A DNA stretch of 64,000 nucleotides. Source: Barthelona sp. PCE. Lineage: Eukaryota. The stretch lies in the NCBI GenBank assembly GCA_040285745.1, contig JAUFOR010000002.1:1922001-1986000 (forward strand), given 5' to 3'. A model generated the notes under the pieces. It saw only the letters and a list, made by a program, of their open reading frames with translations, was not told where the DNA came from and searched no databases. The translations under genes were made by a program, and so were the position numbers. Below, one piece after another: positions 41,785-52,120 of the stretch; positions within the stretch are counted from its first letter, which is position 1, and each line of letters begins with the position of its first letter.

Positions 41785-44700
41785 ATGAAGGTTGTTACAA
41801 TTGGTGTTCCCTCAGGGAAGCGTAACAAGGTAAAAACTCACCGATATTCATGGGCTTCTTTTGTTTTTGTCAATATATACGACCAGTTCGTTGCAAACCC
41901 TCTCTTTTTCTTTTTCCTGGCTGTTGTTATCATAACGTTTTTCGCTCAACCAATATCTCCATTCCTAGCTGTTATCCCTATTGTTGTTCTGATCATCATA
42001 GGTATGATAAAGGCGGGAATGGACGATTATAGGCTCCACAACAACGACAGAATCTTCAATGAGATGCAGTACACGCTTGTCCCAGAACGAGTTACTGTTC
42101 AAAGTAAGACACTGAGAAGTGGTGACATCATACAGCTGATAAGTGGCGACGTGGTCCCATGTGACTGTGTTTTGTTGCACAATTCAAGTCCTGTCTTTGT
42201 CAACGAGTCTGCCATCACTGGCGAATCACTGCTCAAAAGACCTTCTCCAATTATGCAGCAAACAACTGGATATGCAGCGGGTACTGTCGGACGCATAGAT
42301 ATTGACGACGATACGACAACACCGGGGTTCACTGCTGTCTATAAACGTGATCAGGTAACAGTCCAGATTGGAGTTTCGTCACTTTTACTGCAAAACGCAA
42401 CGATAGAAATGGGAGCATGTGAGTGTGTTGTGATCTACACGGGACATGAGGCATCGTCATACAGGTTTATTGGTAAAAGTAAGGTTAAAGTGTTTCAGTT
42501 CGAGCGATTTTTTCAAAAAATTTTGTTTACATTGCTCATCTTTTATCTAGTGCTGATATTCTTAATTCCTGCATTCTATGCCATCTATCAGAGTCAAATA
42601 GGCGGCAAGAGCTGGTATCTCAGATGGTACCTCCCACCAACATACGATTTCGGCACATATTGGTCAGTTGTTGGCAACTATGTTGTGATATACTCTCTCA
42701 TTATACCAATATCTTTCCTCATATCAATTGAATTATTCAGGATCACACATGCTTTCTTCGTTGAAGTTGATAAAGACATGTGTGTGGAGGGACCTTCATC
42801 CATCCAAGACACCTACCTTCCACCATCAGTCATTAATACATCCACTGACACGACGGGCCCTATTGATACACTGGCTCCGAATGAAAACTATGCAACAGCG
42901 GGTCCTGGTCAGTACTGCTTTCCAATAATTCCTCCTGGTTACACCACTGAGTTCTCCCAGTCCACGGTGCAGAGTTCGCGGGTATTGGACAGTGTGCCGT
43001 GGACTAGCACTGTTTTTTTCGATAAGACAGGAACACTCACTGAAAACTCTCTCTCTTTACAGAATGCCTTTGTTGTCGGTACTGGTAGGCTATCAAAGCA
43101 GTCGCTCAGGGAAGCGATGGCCGTATGCCCGCTGTCCCGCGCACCAAATACTCCGACAGACGCTTTACTGTTAGGAATGCTGCTTTCGAATGACGTATCA
43201 ATTGGATACCGAGACCCAGACCAGCCACCCATCGTAACCTCGTGTTCTGTCGATGAGTGTGCCCTCTTGGCACTGTTTTCTGATGATTACGACATCGTCC
43301 TGGAATCCAACACTATGATTATTACGCATCGCAGCACTTCAGTTTCCAGTCGTGTCATAATACTACATACCGTCCCTTACAGTTCAGAGAATGCCTTCAG
43401 CGCATCACTTGTTGAGTTCGAATCTGGGGAGCGTACTATTTTCCTCAAAGGCAGCGACCAATCAATTTCTTGTTTCATCAGCAGCGAGGATGCAAATATT
43501 TGTGATGTGCAGTCATCCGCACTCGCATATGATGGTCACCGCGTGCTGGCACATTGCTGGGGTCCTGTCAACTCTAATAATATCCGGTCGAGCAGCGAGC
43601 TCATTGTCTACATTCGATCAACCAGGAACCTATCGTTAAGTGGTGTGTCTGGTGTCATGGATCGTGTGTGTGACGGAACAGAATTTATGCTCACAAATAT
43701 GCGCAACTCACAGCGTTTAATTTGGATTATCAGTGGTGACCGTGCAGAAAACGTCAAAAATCTGCTGCGATCATGCAAGACGTTACTCCCCTCTGATAGC
43801 TTCTTCCACCTCGAGTGTTATGACAACATTGACCTGAAACTTGTGGGCGAGCAGTTAAAGAATTTGCTAACAGAGGTGATACCTTTCACTGAGATTGTCT
43901 CACAACAAATCAGTGAAGAGGTCGATGGGTCGCGGGCTGAGGACCAGCTTGCGATGCATAGCCGTTTCAAGGCAATGACACCATTCATACTCAACATACC
44001 AGGATCATTGTTGCACCGATTGTTTGAGGATCCTGACATTGAAATGATGAGCATTGACAGTGACAGCGACGCGTCTCTTGTGAGTAACGGGGGTGGTATG
44101 GAGCGTGTAAGATCTTCAGAGATCGCACCCCTGAGTGATGAAGAGACTGTTGTTAAAACCGAGGTATGTTTTCTATTGTTTTTGTTGACAGGGTTCTGTG
44201 GTATCGTGACGTGCACCAGATGTCGGCCTCATGTCAAAGCCCGTGTGCTGGATGAGTACCACAAATTCTTTGCCAAACGAAGGAAGCTTTTCAAGCAAAA
44301 CAGAGGGTTAGTTTTTGATTTTTATGCTGCGACAGAAAGGATCAATGCTGAGGATACAGCTATGCTGACCCAAAAGGCCTGTTCCCTCGTGGCTGCACAG
44401 GAGCCTGCAACTACGTTCACAATTACAGAGAAGCAACCACATCGCAAGAGATATACCCTAATCCGCAAGAAGTTGAAGATAAAGAAAGGGTTGTTGCGAC
44501 TCCGTAGACCTTACGAACGGGACCCCCCAACAAACCCAACGCTGATGTATGTGGGAGACTCTGCAAACGATCTACCTGCATTGACGCACAAGCACGTCAT
44601 TGGTATTGGTATTCGATCACGTGAAGGTATGCAGACAAGTCGTAGCGCCGACATTTCACTACCACACATCGGTTTTTTGGTACCTCTTGTGAACTGGCAT

Positions 44701-45468
44701 GGGCGCAACAGTCACATACGCTTGGGATGGATTGCATTCTTTTCTATCTACAAAAACTTGCTTTTGCTCCCTCCACAGATTTTCTTTGACAGTCTTTCTG
44801 GTTGGAGCGGTACCTTACTCTACCCAGAGTTTGCTACTGTAATGTACAACCTACTGTTCACTGTCTTCCCTGTTGTAGTGTGGGGTGTTCTTGAGCAGGA
44901 TGTTCAAAAGTCGCAAGTGATGACAGAACCCAGCGCCACGTGGCTGGCCACCGAGGTTAACCAACGTCATCTATACAATTGGAAAATATTCGCACAATTC
45001 TCACTATTGGCTATTCTTGAGGGCATACTTATTTGGATCGCTGCACGTTATTCATTTGATAAAGGAATCATTCAGATTTCTGGTCTCAACACGGGAAAGT
45101 ATACTTTGGGGCAACTTGTGTTTAGTATGGTAGTCTTTCAGGTCATTGCAAAAGCGGGCTTTGATTATTTGCATTGGACAAATATGCATCATGCTTCCAT
45201 ATATGGAAGTGTTGCCATATTTTTTACTACAATGGCGATCATCAGCTCTTGGTATTGGTTAGATCCGGATGAGTATCAGGTATTTTTTGCGCTTTTAGGG
45301 TCTCCAATCTTCTATTTTTTAATTTTACTTCCACCTGTATTCTCACTCATTGAATATAGCATACGAACAAGATATAGACAAGGGAGGCCGTTCCGCTGGC
45401 AAATGATGCGCCGTGATGGATTACTAAAATACAGAAACGAAGATGTATCAATACAAATCTCACCCTAG
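41785..45468 (+). CDS. P4-type ATPase (phospholipid flippase), divergent
   Basis: DKTGTLT phosphorylation site, IPISF TM4 motif, N-terminal NKVKTHRY, GIRSREGMQ, IYKN and LYP...MYNLLFT. Confidence 0.88.
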   Translation: MKVVTIGVPSGKRNKVKTHRYSWASFVFVNIYDQFVANPLFFFFLAVVIITFFAQPISPFLAVIPIVVLIIIGMIKAGMDDYRLHNNDRIFNEMQYTLVPERVTVQSKTLRSGDIIQLISGDVVPCDCVLLHNSSPVFVNESAITGESLLKRPSPIMQQTTGYAAGTVGRIDIDDDTTTPGFTAVYKRDQVTVQIGVSSLLLQNATIEMGACECVVIYTGHEASSYRFIGKSKVKVFQFERFFQKILFTLLIFYLVLIFLIPAFYAIYQSQIGGKSWYLRWYLPPTYDFGTYWSVVGNYVVIYSLIIPISFLISIELFRITHAFFVEVDKDMCVEGPSSIQDTYLPPSVINTSTDTTGPIDTLAPNENYATAGPGQYCFPIIPPGYTTEFSQSTVQSSRVLDSVPWTSTVFFDKTGTLTENSLSLQNAFVVGTGRLSKQSLREAMAVCPLSRAPNTPTDALLLGMLLSNDVSIGYRDPDQPPIVTSCSVDECALLALFSDDYDIVLESNTMIITHRSTSVSSRVIILHTVPYSSENAFSASLVEFESGERTIFLKGSDQSISCFISSEDANICDVQSSALAYDGHRVLAHCWGPVNSNNIRSSSELIVYIRSTRNLSLSGVSGVMDRVCDGTEFMLTNMRNSQRLIWIISGDRAENVKNLLRSCKTLLPSDSFFHLECYDNIDLKLVGEQLKNLLTEVIPFTEIVSQQISEEVDGSRAEDQLAMHSRFKAMTPFILNIPGSLLHRLFEDPDIEMMSIDSDSDASLVSNGGGMERVRSSEIAPLSDEETVVKTEVCFLLFLLTGFCGIVTCTRCRPHVKARVLDEYHKFFAKRRKLFKQNRGLVFDFYAATERINAEDTAMLTQKACSLVAAQEPATTFTITEKQPHRKRYTLIRKKLKIKKGLLRLRRPYERDPPTNPTLMYVGDSANDLPALTHKHVIGIGIRSREGMQTSRSADISLPHIGFLVPLVNWHGRNSHIRLGWIAFFSIYKNLLLLPPQIFFDSLSGWSGTLLYPEFATVMYNLLFTVFPVVVWGVLEQDVQKSQVMTEPSATWLATEVNQRHLYNWKIFAQFSLLAILEGILIWIAARYSFDKGIIQISGLNTGKYTLGQLVFSMVVFQVIAKAGFDYLHWTNMHHASIYGSVAIFFTTMAIISSWYWLDPDEYQVFFALLGSPIFYFLILLPPVFSLIEYSIRTRYRQGRPFRWQMMRRDGLLKYRNEDVSIQISP

Positions 45469-45503
45469 TAAATGGTTGTACTTTTTTTCCTTTTAACATT
45501 TTT

Positions 45504-46853
45504 ATGCGAACTGCAAGTGATTCATTTGGGGCCCTGGAGATACCTGACGGTGTTTATTATGGTGCATCAACGGCACGGGCCATTGAAAATTTCAATTACA
45601 TATCTGCAAAGCCTATGCCTCGAGATTTTGTACTTGAACTGCTCAGGATCAAGAAGGCGTGCGCGATGGTCAACAAGGGAAAGGATTTGCTCGAGGCTGA
45701 CAAAAAGGATTTGATTACGGAAGCTGTGGACTTTTTTATGGCAATGGGTAAGGATAATGGACCTGAATTTGAAAGAAACTTCCCCATTTCGATCTTCCAA
45801 ACCGGTTCTGGAACATCAACCAACATGAATGTCAACGAGTGCATTTGTGGATATATTGAAATGACACATAACAAGACAGTACATCCCAACGACGATGTCA
45901 ACATGTCACAGAGCAGCAACGATGTTTGCCCAGCAGCACTTACAATGAGTTTTGCCAAGAACATAAAGAACATGGTTCGAACCGGTCTCTCACAGCTCAT
46001 AAGTAGCTTCAGAAACGCAGCAGCGAGGAACAGAAACGTGGTTAAGATCGGCCGAACGCACCTAATGGATGCTGTTCCCGTTACTTTCGGATTTGTCTTT
46101 GACAACTACGCTGATCTACTCGAAACAATGAAGGAGGAATACACCGAGGAGGTGTACATTCACCTTGGTGGAACAGCAGTTGGCAATGGTCTCAACGCAC
46201 CTAAAGGATTTAACACTAGTGTGGTCCGTATTCTGAACTTCTTATCCGTTCTTAAGCTGGAGGAAGGCAAGCCCTATCAGCAGTCGTATCTTCTTCAGGC
46301 ACATAAAGCTGCTCAGTACCTCTCTATGCTAGCTGGTGCTCTTCTCAAGATCGCAGGAGATGTCCGATTGATGGCCAGTGGTCCTCGCTCTGGCTTGTGC
46401 GAGATTACGTTACAGGCACTACAACCTGGGTCGAGTATCATGCCTGGAAAGGTCAATCCGGTCATTTGCGAGAGCTTAACCCAGGTGTGCTTCCATGTCC
46501 AGGGTCTTTCATCCTCAGTTGAACGAGCCAGTGCAAGCGGCCAGTTTGAACTCAACACTGCCATCCCACTAGTTGCAAACAACCTGTGCGAGGGAATTAC
46601 ATTGCTTACGGCTGCGATGGAGAAATTCGCTCAACAAATAAGTACGCTGAAAGTCAACAAAGAGCACTGTCAGAATGTGTTGGGCCGATCTCTGATGCTT
46701 GTTACAAACCTAAACTCCGTATGCGGGTATGACCAGGCAGCTATGATTGCAAAGAAAGCATTTGAAGAAGACAGATTGCTGAAAGATGTTGTTGTGGAGA
46801 TTCTTCAGATAAGTGAAGAGGAAGCAAGTCGGTTGCTGAAGCCTCGTGTGTGA
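45504..46853 (+). CDS. fumC: Class II fumarate hydratase (fumarase/aspartase superfamily)
   Basis: QTGSGTSTNMN, HPNDDVN, SQSSND, KIGRTHLMDA and the GSSIMPGKVNP signature. Confidence 0.85.
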   Translation: MRTASDSFGALEIPDGVYYGASTARAIENFNYISAKPMPRDFVLELLRIKKACAMVNKGKDLLEADKKDLITEAVDFFMAMGKDNGPEFERNFPISIFQTGSGTSTNMNVNECICGYIEMTHNKTVHPNDDVNMSQSSNDVCPAALTMSFAKNIKNMVRTGLSQLISSFRNAAARNRNVVKIGRTHLMDAVPVTFGFVFDNYADLLETMKEEYTEEVYIHLGGTAVGNGLNAPKGFNTSVVRILNFLSVLKLEEGKPYQQSYLLQAHKAAQYLSMLAGALLKIAGDVRLMASGPRSGLCEITLQALQPGSSIMPGKVNPVICESLTQVCFHVQGLSSSVERASASGQFELNTAIPLVANNLCEGITLLTAAMEKFAQQISTLKVNKEHCQNVLGRSLMLVTNLNSVCGYDQAAMIAKKAFEEDRLLKDVVVEILQISEEEASRLLKPRV

Positions 46854-46924
46854 CATTTCTTCCTTCCCAGTCATAGCTTGACAATGATTGTAAAGAGATA
46901 TTGTATTCGAAATTATTTACACTA

Positions 46925-48040
46925 TTAATGAAAGGGAGAAGCTGTGCCACCTGACGATGGGTATGAATTAATTGGCTGCTCGATATTAACTACAGTAGAA
47001 GAAGTAATTGGTTGTCCAATATTGAGTGCATTGGAAGCAACAGGTGTGTATTCAGGGACAACAGCGATAGGTTCACCAATAAGACCATTGCACTCGAATC
47101 CCTTATCGTTCTTGTGTTCCACGGAAGTATGTCCACCTTTAACACATTGATATAACTTGGAAACAGTGACTGTCATATGAGAAGAAGCACTATTAATAAA
47201 TGAAGTATACCACACTTGGACAGGTGCAATAAGTACAATTGAGTACCATAAAGTGTTAATACAACCACCGTTTCTAACCTTGACGAGGAACTCACGGTTG
47301 AGCTGGATTGAAGACAGACTGGCAACACTTCCCCATTCCATATGACGGAAAGCACGGCCATGTCTGGTCCTGGTTAGCTTAACAATGTACTTCTCAAGGT
47401 TTGCAGTGTACTGATCGGCGGGCTGTGCGTCAACTATGACCTTAATTTGACATAAGTCAGCAGTCAATGGGATAGTGAAATCTTGAGATTTATCTGTATT
47501 ATCAATTTGAAGATCAAAAATGAAATCTTCAAGGCCTGTTATATACTTGGGATCGATGGATCCATCAGGGTTCCTTGCGTTATCAACAAAATAACCTGTT
47601 TGGATGGTGACAGGATCCACTATCAAACTATTCATCATTTCCTGTGCTTCAGCAAGAGTCAGATTGTTACATGCGTGTCGTTTCGTTTTAGTTACACACT
47701 TGACTATCATACCAATTATGAAAGTTAAAAATAATGGAGCAGGTGTAATAAAAATCCAGTTTCCAATTACAAGAGGTACACCCATGCAAATATCAAGCCA
47801 GAACGCACTTTTTTCCATTGGGACGCCACTCTTTTTGATGCGCATGTATCCAATAAACAACGGTAACATGAGAAACACAGAAGAAAAGGTTGCAAGTAAC
47901 AATCCGTTTTCTAAATTAACGGTAGGGTTCCAACCCATAGTCGCAACTAAAGACACGACAAAGGAGAATGCACAACAAAGTCCAACGATTGGTGTAAGTG
48001 GACTAATTTTTGCAGATGTATAGTTAATGTTTTGATGCAT
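46925..48040 (-). CDS. Membrane protein, TMEM151-like architecture
   Basis: Three N-terminal hydrophobic helices, a soluble domain, and a late hydrophobic segment (WYSIVLIAPVQVWY). The family call is tentative. Confidence 0.5.
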   Translation of the reverse strand: MHQNINYTSAKISPLTPIVGLCCAFSFVVSLVATMGWNPTVNLENGLLLATFSSVFLMLPLFIGYMRIKKSGVPMEKSAFWLDICMGVPLVIGNWIFITPAPLFLTFIIGMIVKCVTKTKRHACNNLTLAEAQEMMNSLIVDPVTIQTGYFVDNARNPDGSIDPKYITGLEDFIFDLQIDNTDKSQDFTIPLTADLCQIKVIVDAQPADQYTANLEKYIVKLTRTRHGRAFRHMEWGSVASLSSIQLNREFLVKVRNGGCINTLWYSIVLIAPVQVWYTSFINSASSHMTVTVSKLYQCVKGGHTSVEHKNDKGFECNGLIGEPIAVVPEYTPVASNALNIGQPITSSTVVNIEQPINSYPSSGGTASPFH

Positions 48041-48920
48041 TTAAAATGTGTTGGGTTAGCTTTGAGACTCTAAAAAGATGTTGATCAGACTTACTAAAAG
48101 TGTCTAAAAAACAAATAGACTTTAAAAAAAGAAATACAGAATCACAAAAAGAACAATTAGTTCAGCAGTTTAAAATGGCTTTGTGAAACAGTTTTCGGTT
48201 AAGAATCTGTATCTGATTCAAAAACTTCAAAAAACAGTGAAGGAATCAAGAAGCAAATTTTCTCATCTTCTGAAATATTGAATGCTTTTCTGTGCTTTTC
48301 AATCTCACTTAATATTGAATTAAACAGAATATATTGAATAAATACTGTATATACTGCTACAGAAGATTCTTTCTGAATATCTGTGTATTAACTTAATTGT
48401 TGGCTATGACTTTAAACAGACCACAGTTTACACAATATTGAGCCACAATATGGTACGTAAATTGAAAAATTAAAAAGAGAAAAAAAAATAATTTGAGAAA
48501 AAAATTAGCAGTAAACTTAAACTTGTTAAGTTTACTATCTCTTTTATTGTGAAGGGGTGGGTCGCAACCGTACAAGCTTTAAATACCAATTAACAACTTC
48601 ATAACGATTTTAAAACAATAATTACACTGTTAGTGTCATTAATGATGAATTTATACATATATTTTTTTTAAGAGCTTATAAGAGTTTATTTAGTATCAGG
48701 AATACCCTTACTGTACTGAATACTACATATTACAATATCCCCTTATATAATTATGTGAAGCAGTGGTTTTTTTTGCAGGACTTCATAGATTCTGATTTCT
48801 TGTGAGTGAGTTATTTTTGCTAATTTCTACGTTTCAACATGAGTCAATCCTTATATGCAGCTTTTTGATAATGATATTTATCACAACTACCTGTATGTGT
48901 TTTTCTTTTTTCCTCCAAAT

Positions 48921-49140
48921 TGCGCATAAAGGTGACATATAGGCGCCAGCCTTCAGACTTTATACTTGGGGCAGTAAACAGCGGAGGGGACGAAGCGAAC
49001 CTTCTTGTGTGGATGGTGTTCCTGGAATCCCAAATAGTTTTGTCTTCCCTTTTTTTAAAAAAAAGAGGTATTGAGCCAATTCCAGGACGAAACACACTCC
49101 ACGCGTGAAGGCGAGCCTTCCTATGTGCGTTCCCCGACGT
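48921..49140 (+). ncRNA. Candidate structured non-coding RNA (unknown family)
   Basis: GC-richer island in an AT-rich intergenic region with nested complementary blocks; G-U pairs favour the plus strand. Confidence 0.4.
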
Positions 49141-49524
49141 CAATAAACCTACTTCAGCATAAATATCAATAAATAATATTTGTGCAGAATATGAGAACTA
49201 AAGCTCCTCTGATGTGAATTGGTTATGCACCATATAATGAAGCCTGATAATAACAATATTTACTCATAAAAATGGTGAAAACAAAGGTTCAAATTCATTT
49301 TTTTGCAGAAAAGGATATTCACCAGTTCGGGGCTTTATTATATTGGGATTAATTAATTGGAGGATAAACTTCATGTGTTGATCTCTTTCCGAACTTTGAA
49401 TGGTTAAGAATAATAATAAGTCACATTCAAAAAAATCGAATAAAACTTCTTGTTTTGTTAATTACGAAAAATTTGAGCTGCTACTTCAAAGAAAAATATA
49501 TTAGGAAAACAATTGACCAAAATT

Positions 49525-49546
49525 TGTGAGGTATTGATACCTCACA
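49525..49546. promoter_or_regulatory. Perfect 10-bp inverted repeat upstream of GAPDH
   Basis: TGTGAGGTAT-TG-ATACCTCACA. Confidence 0.35.
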
Positions 49547-49945
49547 TTGAAAAAATTAAAATAATAATGCCCTTAATGTCGTTCCATTCATATTACAGTC
49601 AGTGAATGTGTATGTAAACACTCTCATTCACTGGCAGGAGAAGAAAGAGAAGAAAACAATCCTTCAAAGCATCATGTGATCTTAAGAACAAGAGTTACTT
49701 CTTTTGTAAAAGAAGTACAAAAAGAAGGAAGGTACACATTGTTGCGTAACTGAAGTAGGATGAAAAGTTTGGAAAATGTGATAGGATCAGGGAAGTTAAA
49801 GGGATTTGCTAATTTTTTTTTTTTGTGAGAAGATACAAGTTTTAAAATGTGTTTTATATCGTTGATGTTTCGAAAGAAGGTGATATTTGGCACTCAAAGT
49901 ATCTGAAAGTATTGAGAATTCACATTTATTTTTAAAACTTTTAAT

Positions 49946-50968
49946 ATGGTACGTATTGCTATTAATGGATTCGGTAGAATTGGCCGTCTGGTCGCTAGAC
50001 TTGCAGCCACCGATGAATCGCTTGTTTTAACACACATTAACGATCCTTTTGTATTCAAGGGTGGTGCTGAGTCACTCCCTTATGCTGCTTACATGTTCAA
50101 GCGCGATACCGCACAAGGTGATGCTGATTTTGACATTGAGGTTATCGATGGCAAGTTCATTATCAACGGACAGGAGGTTGGTTACTCCGCTTGCTTCAAG
50201 CCCGAAGAAATCCCCTTCGCCAACAACGCCGATTACGTCGTCGACTCCACTGGTATTTTCAAGACAGTTGAGAAGTGTCAGCCTCACCTCCAAGAGGGTG
50301 TCAAGAGAGTTTTCATCTCTGCCCCTGGTGATGCCAACACCCCCTTCTATCTCTACGGTGTTAACCACGAGAACATCACTGATGAGAAGGTTATTTCTGG
50401 TACCTCTTGCACTACCACTTGCACTTCCCTTCCTCTCAAGGCTCTCCTCAACGCTGGTATCGAGATTGACCGCTGTATGCTCACCACAATTCATGCTGTC
50501 ACCGCCACTCAACAACTTGTAGATTCTGCAAATTTCAAAAAGCCTCGTTTAGGCCGTTCTGCTATGTCTAACATTATCCCTAGTACGACTGGAGCTTCTG
50601 GAGCTGTGACCCGCGTAATCCCCGAGCTTACCGACAAAATGACAGGTATTTCTTTACGTGTTCCCGTTATTACCGGTTCCCTCGTCGATATCGTCATTAA
50701 GACCAAGAACCCCACCTCTGTTGAAGAGATTAACGCCGCTTTCGAGGCCGCCGCTAACGGTCCCCTTGCTGGTGCTCTTGAGTACTCCACTGAAGAACTC
50801 GTTTCATCTGATATCATCGGTTCCACCTACGGTTCTATTGTTGATGGTCTCTGCACCACTGTTCTCGGTGAGGACCTTGTTAAGTGCTTCTTCTGGTACG
50901 ACAACGAGGCTTCCTATACCAACAACTTCGTTCGTTTGATCAAGTACGTTGCTACCAAGGATTTCTAA
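49946..50968 (+). CDS. GAPDH: Glyceraldehyde-3-phosphate dehydrogenase (NAD-type)
   Basis: INGFGRIGR, INDPF, SCTT catalytic Cys, IIPSTTGA, WYDNE; strong codon bias. Confidence 0.96.
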   Translation: MVRIAINGFGRIGRLVARLAATDESLVLTHINDPFVFKGGAESLPYAAYMFKRDTAQGDADFDIEVIDGKFIINGQEVGYSACFKPEEIPFANNADYVVDSTGIFKTVEKCQPHLQEGVKRVFISAPGDANTPFYLYGVNHENITDEKVISGTSCTTTCTSLPLKALLNAGIEIDRCMLTTIHAVTATQQLVDSANFKKPRLGRSAMSNIIPSTTGASGAVTRVIPELTDKMTGISLRVPVITGSLVDIVIKTKNPTSVEEINAAFEAAANGPLAGALEYSTEELVSSDIIGSTYGSIVDGLCTTVLGEDLVKCFFWYDNEASYTNNFVRLIKYVATKDF

Positions 50969-51106
50969 GTAATAAAACTTTGTATCACGTTGATTTACTG
51001 CTTTGTAGGGTTCTAGAATAAACGATTCGATAAAAATTCAATGTGCAATGTGCAATGAAACAACCGTGAACATCGCTGTATTACTTTTCTTGATGTTTTA
51101 ACATTA

Positions 51107-52117
51107 ATGCCTTCTATCATTTCTGAGGTTGAAGATTCAGGTACGAAACTATTGATCCGACAGTCAATAAGGGCCTTCTTTCACATTTCTGACACATATG
51201 AATCTATTTACGATATATACGGTCAGATAGGGGAGATATTTACTTCAAAGAGGCCTTTGGAAGCAATAAATGCTGGTCCATTCAGCGATGAAGCCGATGT
51301 TGTCCAATTTTTTGCATTGATTCCTCAGTACCTTGATTTCTTTCGAATTTCTGCTGATAAATATCCCTCAGACTTACTTGGTAGAATTTCCGACCCTTCA
51401 GTACACTGTGTTGTTGTTCACGAGCTTCTGTTCTCGGAGTATGATGCCAAACTATATGCCAATATGATGAAAATTGATAAAGATGATGCAGAGTTTTTGG
51501 ATTTATGTCGTGTACTTATAATGTATCGCCTTTCGCACGAAGACGACATGTACGCAACTAAACACTTTCTTGAGCTAGTTTTTCCTGTTTTTTTCTCGGT
51601 TCCCACACAACTTTCCTTATTTTCACCTGTAATTCCCCATATCGAAGAACCAGGAAGTGAAGTAGATATAATAATGTTTCATTACTCGTTATTAGGCTTT
51701 GATAAATTTGTATCTTATTTTACAAGTGTTTTTGAAGAAATTGATGTTTCTAACCTTGACATGTACTGTTTCCGTGGAGCAGGCGTGTGTTTGGAACGCT
51801 TTGCAACCAAATACTTCCTCACAAGTAATCTTGAAGTTGTTTTTTTTCCAAAAAATGTCATGGATTCAGTAATTCAATCAGCAAAACGTTTATTACGTGA
51901 ATTTACTGAAACAACACTAGCTCTGACCCCACTCACAGGACCATACCTTGATCTACTTATCCAGGGATTTCAAGCTTTGTTTGATTCAGTGCAAGACGAG
52001 AATTTGTTGGATGAAAATTGTAATGAAAATGAAATACATAAAGATTTATTTGCAAAAGAGCATGATATATTGTATAATTTAACTGAATTAGTACTTGATG
52101 CTATGGAAGATATGTGA
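51107..52117 (+). CDS. Hypothetical helical protein (336 aa)
   Basis: Long ATG-initiated ORF; no recognised motif. Confidence 0.7.
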   Translation: MPSIISEVEDSGTKLLIRQSIRAFFHISDTYESIYDIYGQIGEIFTSKRPLEAINAGPFSDEADVVQFFALIPQYLDFFRISADKYPSDLLGRISDPSVHCVVVHELLFSEYDAKLYANMMKIDKDDAEFLDLCRVLIMYRLSHEDDMYATKHFLELVFPVFFSVPTQLSLFSPVIPHIEEPGSEVDIIMFHYSLLGFDKFVSYFTSVFEEIDVSNLDMYCFRGAGVCLERFATKYFLTSNLEVVFFPKNVMDSVIQSAKRLLREFTETTLALTPLTGPYLDLLIQGFQALFDSVQDENLLDENCNENEIHKDLFAKEHDILYNLTELVLDAMEDM

Positions 52118-52120
52118 TGA

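Noticed and set aside
48953-48970. U3 or U1 5' end (AGACTTTATACTT)
   Set aside because: Box A and properly ordered B/C/D boxes, or the U1 ACTTACC, are not found.
49010-49095. Hammerhead ribozyme (GGACGAAAC)
   Set aside because: No CUGANGA core on the opposite side of the stem.
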